From Oopsacas minuta (taxonomy: Eukaryota > Animalia > Porifera), in contig JAKMXF010000233.1 in assembly GCA_024704765.1 (NCBI GenBank), positions 310,001 through 374,000 on the forward strand: a stretch of 64,000 bases of DNA. The letters are read 5' to 3'. A program made the translations under genes and the position numbers. The notes below the pieces were generated by a model. It saw only the letters and a program-made list of their open reading frames with translations. It was not told where the DNA came from and did not search any database. Each line of letters opens with the position of its first letter. Position 1 is the first letter of the stretch. Shown here in pieces: positions 35,701-50,700 of the stretch.

Positions 35701-38700
35701 ATAATATGAATAACCTAACACTTCGATTAATAATGTTCTAAAACAGCATGTAGACAAACCCGGCAATAATCTAAAATTGCAATCTGTACCGACATCATTT
35801 ATTCAAATTTGAGTCCGCACTCTTGGCTTGAGGCACTATGTGTATTTTGGGTGCTACTTTGAATAATTTTTGTGCTGTCGGCACAGGCTTATTTAAGATT
35901 TGATTATTTCTCAGGGAATTCGCTTCAGCACAAAATGACGATCGTAAATGGGTAGTATTCGACGGTCCAGTTGATACAATTTGGATTGAGAGCATGAACA
36001 CTGTCCTGGATGATAATAAGAAGCTATGTCTTATGAGCGGAGAAATTATTCAAATGTCTAACTCTATGAATCTTATTTTTGAAACAGATGACCTATCTCA
36101 GGCCTCGGTAAGTCTCCCATAGGAATATGAAATAGCATAACAAATACAGTGGAGTATCTTTAATACGAACATCAACGGACAGTCAAAATTTGTTCGTCTT
36201 ATCCGGAAATTCGTATTAACGAGGTTTCGCTGTATCCCATAGCCAGCAACAGTTAGCAGAAATGGAATGATATATGCAGAACCTGCATCCATGGGTTGGA
36301 AGCCTATCTTCCTCACGTGGCTAAGCGAGCTTCCTGATTACCTCAAGGAGCATTCCACTCTCATAACCTCGCTCTTTGAATGGACACTACCTCCTCTATT
36401 CACTTTAATAAGAAAGAAACTGAAGGAATACGTCACTACACAGGATATACAGCTAGCTAATGGAGCTATGAGATTATTGTATATGTTATTTAAGGATGCT
36501 ATTAAAGAGGATAGTGATGTTAAGGACAATATAAAGTATATTAAGAATTGGATAGTGGTAAGTGAGTAGATTATGAAGTTCAAGGGACCGCGATGATTAA
36601 TTCGATATCACCGATGGAATATTTGTTACTTCGACGGTTTGGGACCATATTCGTACAATTCCAGACTTAGATATAAGCAGCTATCTCGATATATCCGTGT
36701 TTGATATGACGGGAGTTGACTGTAAATCATATGATTTGTAAAATTGGCCGAATTTACTTGTCTTCTTGTTTTCATAGTCTGGGTATATATTCGCGTTAAT
36801 CTGGTCTCTGGGTGCGAGTTGTGATTCAGATTCGCGAGACAAGTTTGATTTCCACGTCAGAGACCTTTTGAATGGGAAATTGGACAGCCATCCTATCCCA
36901 GAGCAAGTAGGCAAGATTGAGATACCACTACCAAGTGATGGATCTGTCTATGACGTCATGTTTGAAATGCATGGGAGAGGTAGATGGATGCCCTGGCTAG
37001 ATATGATACAAAATGAAAAAATTGAAATGAAGAATAAGAAATTATCTGAATTGATTGTTCCTACTATTGATACAGCAAGGTATGTTGGTATAGGGGGTCC
37101 ACGGTTGAACGGTCCCCTACTGTGAGTATAATTATATTTTGAACACAAAATTTCCAGATATAAATACTTGATGGACATGTTCATTCGCTATGAGATTCCT
37201 ATCCTATTCATTGGACCTACTGGTACAGGGAAGAGTGCTTACGTCATGGATAAACTAATGAATGGATTGGATAGAGAATTATTCATACCTCTGATTGTTA
37301 ATTTCTCAGCTCAGACTAAGTCCATGCAAGTACAGGTTAGATTCAACAAAATTATTCCGCTGTAACTTGTTTCAGCTCCACTGCCCGCATCAAGTTTACC
37401 TGTCACATGAATATTGTCATTATTTCACCATTCTATCAGTGAAATTCAACTACACAATATATTTACTAACTAACGGGTGAATAGTAGTGATTTTATCTTC
37501 ACAGATCGCCTTTAACACGCTTAATTAACATATTTACAACTAGAATCATTGGAATTCCATGAATTGGCCACTTGATGATAACGTCATAAATAATGATATA
37601 TGAAACACCACCCGTCCACATGGTTAGATGTACACCATGTGGAGCTGATAATATTATTATTATTTGTAGGACATAGTTCTGTCTAAGGTAGATAGACGTA
37701 GAAAAGGAATTTACGGCCCTTCTATGGGAAAGAGACTAGTAATATTCGTGGATGACTTGAATATGCCAGCAAGAGAAATATATGGAGCTCAACCTCCGAT
37801 TGAATTGCTGAGGCAATGGATGGATTATAGAGCTTGGTGAGTTGTAGCTTGTTTGTTTGTGTTTGAAATGTAGAAATTACTTTACAAGAATTCCCCTTAA
37901 AACACGGCATTTTCTGGAATAAATACCTATTTCATAAATCGCAATCATAGCCGAAAATATTTGACTTGGTTATTCATCAAACTATGCACTTTTCCTTTCG
38001 CTATTTCCCTGATGATTCCTTTTGTCTATCTCGGCAATCTATATGTCATACAAATATTATATTAGATAAAAACGCTTACATTAACTAAGTAATTGAAGGA
38101 TGTTACAACCAAAGTGGTTATTTCTACGAATATCCAATTTTGTCTAATAGTATAATTGTAATAGGATCTGTATGTATAGATTTACTTGTATTCATTATTG
38201 TAAGACATTGTGAATTACATAATAATGTATTGGAGCAAAAATCTACTATAAATACTATTAGAATAGTGAAAGTGTGTATTCACTAAAATGATACAATATC
38301 CAAAACTCTCTTTACACCATGTCCAGACCCCGACTATTGAGTTAAATCCCCCGCTGATACGTTTGGGGCCTGAAGAGGAAGAATGGCAAGCTCTGCTGGA
38401 AGAAATCGAGGCGAAAGTTGATTTTTTCCATCTTGACATGGATCGTCATGTTGCTGATTGCTATCTAATGCAGTCCGGTTGCTTAGGAACATTTCTACTG
38501 AGGAATTCCTCTCTTCATGGGGAGGATTATTATAATTTAGTCCTATCTGTCCGTGGTTATCATTCTGTGAAACATTTCCAAGTTAAATGGGACGGTCAAA
38601 ACATTATGTTTGGTTTGAGAACTTTCAATAACTTTGATTCCTTTCTGCAGCATATAGACTCAACCCCAATTCTCGGCGAATCTTCTGGCTCTTTCTTAAG

Positions 38701-41700
38701 GATAAAACAAGGTTTGTCGAAAAGCTCTTCAGGGAATAATTTTGATTCTATTTGTGCTTGTACGTATGACTTTGAATCCATCGATCCCGTATTCAGGTCT
38801 CCATCTCCCTCTCCAGATTTATCCATCGCTTCTAAGGAGGGGTATTTGTCCGTACAGAGTCAGTATCTAAAGAAATGGCAGACAATCTGGGTAGTCATTA
38901 ACAAAATGGTTCTCTCATGTTATAAGAATAAAGAGAATAAGAAACCTTATCAGTCGTATAACCTAAAAGATTTTACTGTTGAGATTGATCCAGATTCCCC
39001 GCTTAAAAATGGGTTTAAGCTTGTCAACAACAACAAATTTGTTGTCTTCAGAAGTAACACGAATGAAGGAGTGAGAGGGTGGATGTATCTGATTGGATGG
39101 AAGATACAGAATAATAGGGATAGCCTTACTTTATCTGGTTCTAAATAATTTTCTTTACCTGTTGCTTGTCTTTATCTTAGAATAATAAATGTACTATAAT
39201 TACTGCTCCAAAATTCTTTTCGCAGAAAGACAACATCGAATATAGATAGAAATACACTGCTAGACACCATAGTGTGCCAATTGAATATATTTAACGTGCT
39301 ATCATTAGTTACAAGCATAATTACCTTTAGGTGTGCACTGAGTGTCACGATTTTGATCTGACACACTGTGCCACATTTGTGCCACTTTTAAACACATTTT
39401 GACCACTTTTTTTATAAGAAAACAAATAAATTTGTTTACAATTTTCATTTAGGTACGACAGAAAGGACACATCCAAAATTTCCCTTGTAGATGTACAAGT
39501 GCTTTGTGCCATGGGACCGCCATCTGGTGGACGTAACCCGATTACTATGCGTTTCTCGCGTCACTTCAACATCTGTTCAATGAACACATTCAGTGACGAA
39601 ACGATGACGCGTATATTCTCAACAATATTCAATGTATCTTTACGTGACCGTAACTTCCCTTCTGAGTATTTCACAACTGGCTCACAAATAGTTTCTGCAA
39701 CCATGGATATGTATAAATCTGCCATGGAAAATCTATTGCCTACACCAACTAAATCTCATTATGTGTTTAATCTGAGGGATTTCTCACGTGTCATACTAGG
39801 CACTCTTCTAATTGAGCCACAGTGTATTGAGAATAAACGGTCGTTCATTAGGTCAGTTTTTTTCAGTTATTTGGTTTCAAAATACAGTGTAACCTCCCAC
39901 CAACGGGGTATCAGGAACGAAAAATGCTTCCCCATTTCTGCCAATTCGTGGAGGTTCATTGTATTGGACTAGGAATTCACTCTATGTTTCTCCTTCGTTT
40001 CCAGATGTTCCCCATTTCCACATGCCCCGTTTGTAGAGGTATCACAGTGTGTACAATAGTTTGCGTGAAAATTCATTTTTTGTACAATTCCATAGCTCAG
40101 CTATTTTAATTTTCCTCTAATAGACTCTGGGCACATGAAGTATACAGAGTATTCTACGACAGACTAGTTGATGATGCAGATCGTACTTGGTTACACAAGA
40201 AATTGAAAAATCTTTGCAAAACTCATTTCAAAGAAGAGTTTGGAGTTGTGTTTAAACACCTCGCTACTCAATCCCAGCCCTCTGAGGATGACATGAGGTC
40301 TCTCATGTTTGGGGACTATCTGAAACCAGAAGCTGTATGTTATTCATCATATAATTTATTTAATTTGGAAGCATCTAAAAACTCAATTTGGCATATGTAG
40401 AAGTATCAATATATAACACATTAATACTATTCTGTTTGTATTTCTCTCCAGGAAGTGAAGTTATATGAAGAAGTGTTAGGACTAGATGAATTTACTCTAG
40501 TAGTAGAACAAGCTCTAGAGGAGTATAACCAGACTCATAAAACTAGAATGAATCTTGTTATTTTCAGGTAATAAATATGACATATCAGATCTCATAAATA
40601 ACATAACTCTCTGATAGTTTTAAAGTGTTTCTGATACACAATTTCCATACTTACCAACTGAATAAATTCTCTCTATAGATACGTACTAGAACATCTAAGC
40701 AGAATATCTCGTATCCTCAAACAGCCCGGGGGTAACGCTCTGCTAGTGGGTGTAGGAGGATCAGGAAGACAATCTCTTACTAGGCTAGCTACTCATATGT
40801 CAGACTTTGATATATTTCAGCCTGAAATTTCTAAGAGTTATGGAGATTTAGAGTGGAAGGAAGATCTAAAGGTAATTCCAGTAGTATTAATCTGGTCACT
40901 TGATCAGAAACAGAACCATGAAAATAGTGTTACAGTCTGTAATTATACGAATATAGTCCCAAACCGTCAAAGTAACATATACTCAATCGGTTATTTCAAA
41001 GGAATTATCGCGCTCCCTTCAGCTTCGATATAACTTATTCCACTGTAGCCGGTTTATCGGGCCAACACCTTCCTGGTCTCCAACTGACTCTATTAAGCAG
41101 AGTCTCGTGTAAATATTCTCCATCTACTTTACTTCTGAGAGTGATATCCATTCAAATTGTTATCACCTTGATTACATACTGTCCTACTTTCTAGAAAGTC
41201 CTTAAAGCAGCAGGAAAAGAAGGAAAGACTACTGTATTCCTCTTAGCTGATACTCAAATAAAATCAGAATCATTTCTTGAAGACGTAGACGGCCTATTAA
41301 ACGCTGGAGAAGTTCCGAATCTATTTGCTGTTGATGAGAAAGCTGAGATTATGGAAGCGATGCGACCGATTGCAATGCGACAAGACAAAGACGCGGAGTT
41401 TACTCCTCTAATGTTATTGAACTTATTCACACAAAGATGTAGGGAGCATTTACATATTATACTAGCTATGAGTCCTATTGGAGATGCATTCCGTAACAGA
41501 GTAAGGAAATTCCCTTCTCTCATCAATTGCTGTACTATTGATTGGTTTCAGGTTTGTTTGTTTTCTGAGTCTTTCGCCAAGTTTTTACTTATTGAATGGA
41601 AAAATAATTTTCTTCATACCAACCGGAAATTCATATTACTGTATGTATTTGTTATTACCATATTTGCACGAATTTCCATTGCTAACACACGATTTTGCTA

Positions 41701-44700
41701 TTAGAGTGATTATTTCCAATATATAATGGACACTAGTCCCTGAAAAGACTTGCTATTAGGCGAACACGACTGTATTTATGCATCAACAAGTATCTTCTGT
41801 CTACCCATTGTATGCATATATCAGATGAGAACTAGTCTCTACAAATACTTCGAGAATACTATATATATATATAGGCTTGGCCAGATGATGCTTTACAATT
41901 AGTAGCACAGAAGTTCTTAGAAGAAGTTGAACTAACTGATAAAGTAAGGACAGAGATTGTATATGTATGTAAGCATTTCCATCAGAGTGCTCGTATACTC
42001 AGTGAGAGATACCTGGAAGAAATGTCTAGACATAACTATATTACTCCTACTAGCTACTTAGAGTTGATTACTTCATTTAAAACTCTTTTGGGGAAGAAGA
42101 GAAGCGAAGTAAGTTGTTTTACAGTCAGTGGGAATCCTAGGGGGCAAACAGGTCATTTCTCCCACATTAGAATATCCTTGAACACTCCATTTCCTCCATA
42201 GGTAGTTAGGAGCAAGCGTAGATACGAAGTAGGTCTGGAGAAATTAGAGTTTGCTGCTTCTCAAGTAGCTCAAATGCAGAAGGAGTTGGAAGAGCTACAG
42301 CCTCAGCTTAAGATTGCTGCTATTGATAATGATAAAATGATGATAGTTATTGATAAGGTGAGCACATAAAAATTTAAAATTATACACTGTGCTGACAGTT
42401 GAATGATTTAAAGTAGCACTTCAGTGCCTCCAATTAATACTGACGATTAATACACTATACTGTCGGCACAGAGAACACAAATCGCTATATATGAATATAT
42501 GCTATAGAATCTAATCAAATTATAATTGGAATATCATCGATTCACTTGTCTAGGAAACAATAGAGGTAGCAGCTAAGAAAGAGGTGGTGGTTAAAGAAGA
42601 AGCATCTGCTAATGAGAAGGCTGCAGAAGCTCAAGCTCTCAAATCTGAATGTGAATCTGATCTTGCTGAGGCTATTCCTGCGCTTGAAGCTTCCATCAAA
42701 GCACTCAACACTCTGAAGGTATTTTACTGACTATGTATCGCTTTTTTTCATTTTACTACTGCCAAGGGTGTTCTTCCAAGCGATTGTATGTATTATAATA
42801 TGAACAGCTGATTTCTTGAAGCTATCAAGAGAGTGTTGCTTTGAGTTTTGCGTGTGAACAATTTCTAGGCACTAAAAGCACTTTAATGCATTGGTTAGAA
42901 CATTTTGTCACCTTTCCCAGAGATGATATAAGATTCACATGGAAATATAAACTGAATCTAAGTTGGAGCATGATGCATACACATGCCATATTTCAAGTTT
43001 GTAGCTCTTACCAGTTAGTCAGTTATATGTACAATAAACTTGGACAAGCCATGAACATAATATCATGTCCATATGCATATCTCTAAATATAATGTATACC
43101 TTACGTTTTAAAATCTCTATTTATATAGCCTGCGGATATAACACTGGTTAAAAGTATGGCGAATCCTCCTCCTGGGGTTAAGCTTGTAATGTCTGCTATT
43201 TGCGTTATGAACGATTTCAAGCCTGATAAGATTAACGACCCAGCTGGTACCGGACAGAAGATATTTGAATACTGGGGCCCTGCTAAGAGAATGTTAGGAG
43301 ATCTCAATTTTCTGAAGAAATTATTTGACTATGATAAAGACAATATCCCGGTATGTTGGCATTATTATTATTTCAGGGGTTATCTAGCCAGTTCAGCAGC
43401 CATGAAGGACAACTGTGCCGAGCATGAGAATCAAATTAGCATAGGTTCAATATGTTACCTTCCTAAAAAGCTTCCATCCCAGGAAAGCCAAAGTGCCGGT
43501 CCGGGATTTTCCCGGGATTCCACAGTTCATTCAGGGAATTAGGATATTCGGGAAATTTTCTATTTTTTGCTATATTCCTGGATATTTTGGGGTGGAATAG
43601 AGAGGGAAAAACGTGAAATCTCTGTAAAAGGGGTTAGTGAGTAATACGTATGTTATAATAACATTCCATATCCCCTTATAGGTTGCTATAATGTCTAGAA
43701 TCCGTAAGGAATTTATTCCTAACCCAGATTTTGACCCGAGTAAAGTTAAGAACGCCTCATCAGCAGCAGAGGGTCTCTGTCGCTGGGTTATTGCTATGGA
43801 AATATACGACAGAGTTGCTAAAGTTGTAGCTCCCAAGAAGATTAAGCTTAAAGAGGCTGAGACAGAGCTGAAGGAAACGATGGAGCTACTCAAGGCTAAA
43901 CGAAGCGAACTGAAAGAGGTTTGTTATGAAGGATGAATACTGTTGGAATCTTGGCATATGAATTTCACAAGATAGCTTTATTTCTAAGCACAAAAATGCC
44001 AGAAATAGTGCCATATCGTAAAATATCCAACCGACAGACCGGTAGTGTAGCTAGCTGACATGTGCATAAGTATAAAAAGTGTTTGTGCATTGTAAAAGGC
44101 TTCAAATCTGATTGGCCTAGCTTTAACCACGAGAAATGTTTGAAAATGATCCATTTACAAAGATTTTATACCTGAAGTGCACATCTAAACCCCAAAGTAT
44201 ACAGATATATCCATTTTCATGCTAATCGGTTTCTCAGGACACCGTGGACGGGCGGACGGACGTGGCATATCGTCCATGCCAATAGGGCACCTCACTGTAG
44301 GATATTTCGTAATTTAGCTACTGGGAATGTCATTTAAGCGTATGATCATGTAGGGAACAGAGAAACTACTGTATGAAATATTTACAATGGTTTTCTATTA
44401 CAGGTAGAAGATCGTTTAGAGACATTAACCACACAATTTCGAGAAATGACCTTGAAGAAAGACTCCTTAGAAAAACAGGTAGATTCATGTGCTAAGAAAC
44501 TTGACAGAGCTGAGAAACTGATTGGTGGGTTAGGAGGTGAAAGAACCAGATGGTCAGAAGTAGCAGCTAACCTAAAGATGACGTATGATAATTTGGCTGG
44601 TGATGTGCTAGTTGCTTCTGGTGTTATTGCCTATTTGGGTGCTTTTACTGCGAAGTATAGAGATGAATGTGTCAAGGATTGGACTAAGTTCTGTAAAGTA

Positions 44701-47700
44701 AGTTATTTACTGGTTTAAAATTCAGAATCTTGTTTATATTAGCATGCACTTGCTTACACTCGGCGCCTTGTAAACACTTTGAGTCTACCGAAAACCAATA
44801 GCAGCTGTTCCCGACCCTTGCCTACTTATCAATGTATTTATTTCTTTTAGTCTAAACAAATAAACTGCTCGCTTGATTTTAACCTCTCAAAGGTGTTAGG
44901 AGATCCTGTTAAGATAAGAGCATGGAATATAGCAGGACTTCCTGCTGATTCATTCTCTAATGATAATGGTGTTATAGTTGATATGGCTAGGAGATGGTGA
45001 GTAATAAATCTCGTATTTGCATTTAAGTTTTTTTGTGCTTAGATGTGTTTTCTATGTTTTGAAATGTCAATAATGTGAGATAATTATGCTCACATTTAGC
45101 AAGGTTGCCCTGGGAATGGAATTCCGTAGGATTTGCCCCAAACAATTTTTACAAAATTTGATAACATAACAGGTCTCTGATGATTGATCCACAAGGACAA
45201 GCAAACAAATGGATAAAGAATTCAGAGAAGGAGAGAGGACTGCATGTAGTTAAATTGACTAATAGCGATTATATCAGAACTCTAGAGAATTGTATTCAGT
45301 TTGGGAGACCTGTACTTATAGAGAATGTGGGAGAGGAATTGGACCCGTCTCTTGAACCACTTTTATTGAAGCAAACTTTCAAACAAGGTACCTTTTGTGT
45401 AGTTTTAATGAATTAATTTTATTGTAGTTTTCATACTACGTGTGTGTTTTGCTTACTCCCGCTGCGCAGCTTGAATACCTAGTGTTCGCATGGGACTCGG
45501 CACTCCGTGCCTAGGATTAAACAAAATTTAAATAACTCTCGTTTATACAAATTTGAAAGTACATATCCTATAATCAGGGTTTCTCAACCTGTGGTCATAT
45601 ACTATATGACAAATTTAGCTACAGAGATATTACGTCATGTTTTGTCAAGTTGATATATGGCCATTTTACCAAACGCGACCAAGCGTTGCAAGATCTCAGC
45701 CAACAATTTAACTTGGTATGGTCATATAATACAGAATTTATGCAAAGTGTAGCGATAGCCCATAAGAGTTTGACAAATCTTATTCTATTACCTTACCACT
45801 TCTCTCAGGTGGTGTACAGTGTATCAAGCTAGGAGATAACACTGTAGAATACTCAGAAGACTTCAGACTGTATATTACTACTAAGCTAAGGAACCCTCAT
45901 TACCTTCCTGAGTTACAGGTTAAGGTTTCTCTACTAAACTTTATGATTACACCACAAGGATTAGAAGATCAGCTGCTGGGGATTGTGGTTGCTAAGGAAA
46001 GGTACAAATATTTATATAATTACTAGAAAAGATTAATTACAGTGTAACCGCCACAAACCGGGTACCAAACCAGAGACGCCGAAAAGTGCTACCCCTTACC
46101 CCGTTTCTGCCAAATTCCCCATTTGCAGATTTTACACTGTATTTTATTCTACAGTAAACTCCCATTATATTGAAGTTTGAATTTGTACAAACATAGCCCC
46201 AAACCGTCAAAGTAATATATATATATATCATCAGTTACATCGAACTTCGCTTATACCAGATTAATTATCGCGATCCCTTGAGCTTCGATATAACAGGAGT
46301 TTACTGTATTTGCTAGGCCTGAGTTAGAGCAAGAACGTAATGACCTTATAGTACAGTCCGCAGAGAATAAGAAAGCTCTTAAAGAGATAGAAGATAAGAT
46401 ATTAGAAACTCTTTCTGCTTCAGAAGGGAATATTTTAGAAGATGAATCTGCTATAAAAATACTTAATTCTTCTAAAGTGTTATCTAACGAGATACAAGAA
46501 AAACAGGAGGTATTTATTGAATTGTTGTTGCGATAAATACACAGTTTCCAACCTTTTTCACCCGTAGTGGAGACCCTCCCATAGACTACATACAAATTTC
46601 TGAATTCCGTGTTTTTTTATATTTCTATTTTTAGATTGCAGATGAAACAGAGAAGAAGATTAACCAATCAAGAGCTGGCTATCGACCAGTAGCAAATCAT
46701 GCTAGTATTCTATTCTTCTCAATCAGTGATCTGCCTAACATTGATCCTATGTACCAGTATTCTCTAGTGTGGTTCATAAATCTGTTCATACTATCCATTA
46801 ATGAGAGGTAAGAGAATAATCACATATAGTATAACCTCGACAATCGTGCTCCCAGGCGATGAAAGGTCGAAATATATTGTTTAGCACCCCATAAATTGTG
46901 TATCAATTTCCATCATATTATAATTCAACAGCTGATGAAGTTCTATCATTCTACTTTATCTGATACTAAATGTATTTATACTATTCCTTTCTCAGTCCTA
47001 AGTCAAAGAAGTTGGATCGTAGACTTGGCTTCCTGACAGATCACTTTACATACAGTTTATATTGTAATGTGTGTCGCTCCCTCTTTGAGAAAGACAAGCT
47101 GCTATTCTCTTTCCTACTCTGTGCTAACTTTATGAGAGCTAAGGGGGAATTAGGAAACGAAGAGTTTATGTTCTTCCTAACTGGAGGTGTTGGATTGGAG
47201 AATAAGGTAAGATTTGTAGTCCAATAGTTCCTAACAGCACATGGTCCATATTTTCCTGGGGTGTGAAATTCCAGGGTTAAATCTGAACGCTGCTAATTGA
47301 TAGTAATCGACTTCGATTTCCTGTAATCGTATTCGAGGTGTGAAAATAATATTGTTTCCCTTTCCGACTAGTTGACAATTATATTCATGTTAGCCTAATT
47401 ATAGTTGCCTAACCCTGATTCGAGCTGGCTATCTGAAAAATCTTGGGATGAAATATGTAGAATGTGTGACCTTCCAGCTTTCAAAGGATTCAGACAGACA
47501 TTCGCATCAGAGATTACAGAGTGGCAGAAGATCTACGACAATCGTGAGCCACAGTCCGCTAAGATGCCAGGCAAGTGGGACGCCCAACTGACTGAATTCC
47601 AGAAGATGATTGTAATCAGATGTATAAGACCTGATAAGATGATTCCCATAATTATTTCATTTGTTAAAGTTAAGCTAGGTGAGTAGGTAATATTGATTAC

Positions 47701-50700
47701 GGAATCACTTCATTATTACGGAAGTTTACTGTATTTCTATCTGTTACAGTTCATTATATAATTAATGATTCCTTAAAAGGTGATAAATTTGTCCAACCAC
47801 CTCCATTCGATCTGGCTAAATGTTATGCCGACTCTAACAGTCTCTCCCCTCTCATATTTGTCCTCACCCCTGGGGCTGATCCGATGGCTGCCCTCCTTAA
47901 ATTCGCAGCTGACCAGGGTTTCTCTGACGATAAATTCAACGCTATCTCACTTGGACAAGGTCAAGGTCCTATTGCTTCTAAAATGATCGATTCAGCCATG
48001 AACGTAGGCTCTTGGGTTGTTTTACAGAATTGTCATCTGGCTGTTAGCTGGATGCCTGCACTAGAGAAGTTATGTGAAGATATGAGCCCTGCTAAAGTAC
48101 ATAATGATTTTAGGTTGTGGCTGACTAGTTATCCATCTGAAAAAGTGAGTTTATTGACGTAATTATACGTAATTTACACGAGTGCCATGAGCTCCGAAAA
48201 TGATACTCCGTTTCCACAGGCCACGTCTTGTTTACCATATTTACTTCGTAATATTATTTACCGAGATTCTATTACAGTTCCCAGTGACAGTACTACAGAA
48301 CGGTGTTAAGATGACTAACGAGCCTCCGACCGGGTTAAGACAGAATCTATTACAATCCTATCTAAACGATCCTATCTCAGATCCTGAGTTCTTCAATGGC
48401 TGTCCAAACAAAGAACCTGTATGTCTAACTCAAACGATTTTTTCTGAACAAAATGTATGGAATCTCTCCTATTTATAGATCTGGGAGAAGCTACTGTTCA
48501 GTCTCTGTTTCCTTCACGCATTAGTGCAGGAACGTATTTCCTTCGGTCCCTTAGGCTGGAATATTCCCTACGGATTTAACGAATCAGATTTGAGGATTTC
48601 GGTTAGACAACTGCAGACATTCATTAACGAATATCATGAAGTACCATTTAATGCCCTCGTGTATCTGACCGGTCACTTGAATTATGGAGGAAGGGTTACT
48701 GATGATTGGGATAGGTTTGTTTGTTTGTTTGTCTACTAGTATGTTTATTTGTTTGTTTACTTGTGGTATTTTTGTTAGACGGACACTTCTCTCAATCGTT
48801 TCAATCTACTATAACAAAGATGTTATAGGAGATCCGAGCTATAAATACAGTCCTAGCGGGACATATCATCCGCCACCAAAATCCTCATATGAAGACTATA
48901 TAGAGTATATCAAAGAGTTTCCTCTGGTACAACATCCAGAGATATTTGGTATGCATGAAAATGTTGATATATCAAAAGATCTACTCAAAACCAAGACTGT
49001 GAGTTTCTACAGTTAACTGCTGTTATATCAAATTCTGAAATTGTACTCATAAGGCCCCAAACCATCAAAGTAATATACATTACATCGGTTATATCGAATT
49101 AATTGTTGCGGTCCCTTGAGCTTCGATATAACAGGAGTAGAGTCTATGTTCGTTTGATAGTTTGTGACTATATTTGTACGATTTCTAACTTCAATATAAG
49201 CGGGTTTATCGATATATCCGTGTTCGGTATAACAAGAGTTGACTGTAGTCTGCGTTTATGTTTTCCTCTTTAAATATTCTAAATACAACCTTGTAAGTTA
49301 TTTATTTAATAATACCAAATGATAAATACACACTTATACAATTTCAAACAACTGATCCATAATTCGGTGGCGGTGTACAGCCTTTCCAGGATTCCCTGGA
49401 GCTCTCAACTTCCTGGATACTTGTCATAGAGCCAACGGCATCGATCCTGAATCCTTTCCCGAAACATAACTTTTCACACCAAACTTTGGTAAAACTAAGA
49501 CAAACAGCATATGTTATCATTGGTAAATAACAAACAATAACAATAATTAATACAAGTGTAATGACATCCGAATTTGTATCCATCATCTTGTATGAGATTT
49601 TTCAATGCTATATATATACTTTTGTGTAGGATTAGCTCATTTGTAAATGTCTTCCCAGATTGAATAGCCAATTTTAGTCATTGCTATCCTGAATTGGACA
49701 GTTGGTTATCTCATAAAGCTAGGGCTTGTATAATTCAATCATTAGATATTTTAAGTGTGAATTGTGGAATTTGTTGGACGATTTTGCGTGAATATTTGTT
49801 TGTTTGTTTGTTTGTTTGTAGTTGTTTGACTCAGTTTTATTGACACAAACACAAACAACTGGTGGTAGTGGTGGTAAGAAGAGTGATGATACTCTTAATG
49901 AGATCGCAACTGATATTCTCTCGAAGGTGAGCTTGTCACTATACAGACATAATATAGTCCATCAATATTGATCTCGATGCTTTTCACTATGCCGGCTATA
50001 TATTCATTTTTTCGGTATCCGCCCTAACTTTGGTCAAATGGTTTATTGTGACCTATATATGTGCAGTCGGTTAAGGATTTGATCTGACACAATAAGACAC
50101 TTTTGTGCCATTTGTGCCACCGGCAGGACGTGCCCCTTGATCATTGTTTGTCTATCTGAGTTGGGGTTTGAACCCATACATTTGTGAAAAGGTTAATTTG
50201 AAAGGTGTCCAGCACTTGCCGTACATCTTGTACCCAATTGCGGCCCTGGGGGGCAATGGGGCGCAAGACCCCCCCTGGTTGTACCAGACAGTTGCTATAC
50301 GCTTACTGCTCTTTCTTATATATCCGTAGATGATAGCACAATTCGACTTAGAAGTAGCCTTAGAGAAATATCCCGTAAAATACGAAGAATCAATCAATAC
50401 AGTATTAGTGCAAGAAATGGAGAGATTCAATAGATTAACCTCTGTGATACGCAGTACTCTTATTAACCTACAAAAAGCTATCAAGGGGCTGGTAGTTATG
50501 AATGCAGAGTTAGAGAACTTAGCTGGTAGCTTGTTGATAGGAAAAGTACCAGCTCTATGGGCCAAGAAATCTTATCCTTCCCTTAAACCTCTTGGAAGCT
50601 ATGTGAATGATCTATTGGAGAGATTGAATTTTCTTCAGGTGAGTAGATCTAATAATTACTACTAAAGTGTTACCTCCACAAACGGGGTGTCCTGGACGCC

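Noticed and set aside
43935-44360. Intronic segment with a cggacggac microsatellite resembling DINE-1/Helentron-associated elements
   Set aside because: Single degenerate copy with no definable ends; not enough to call.
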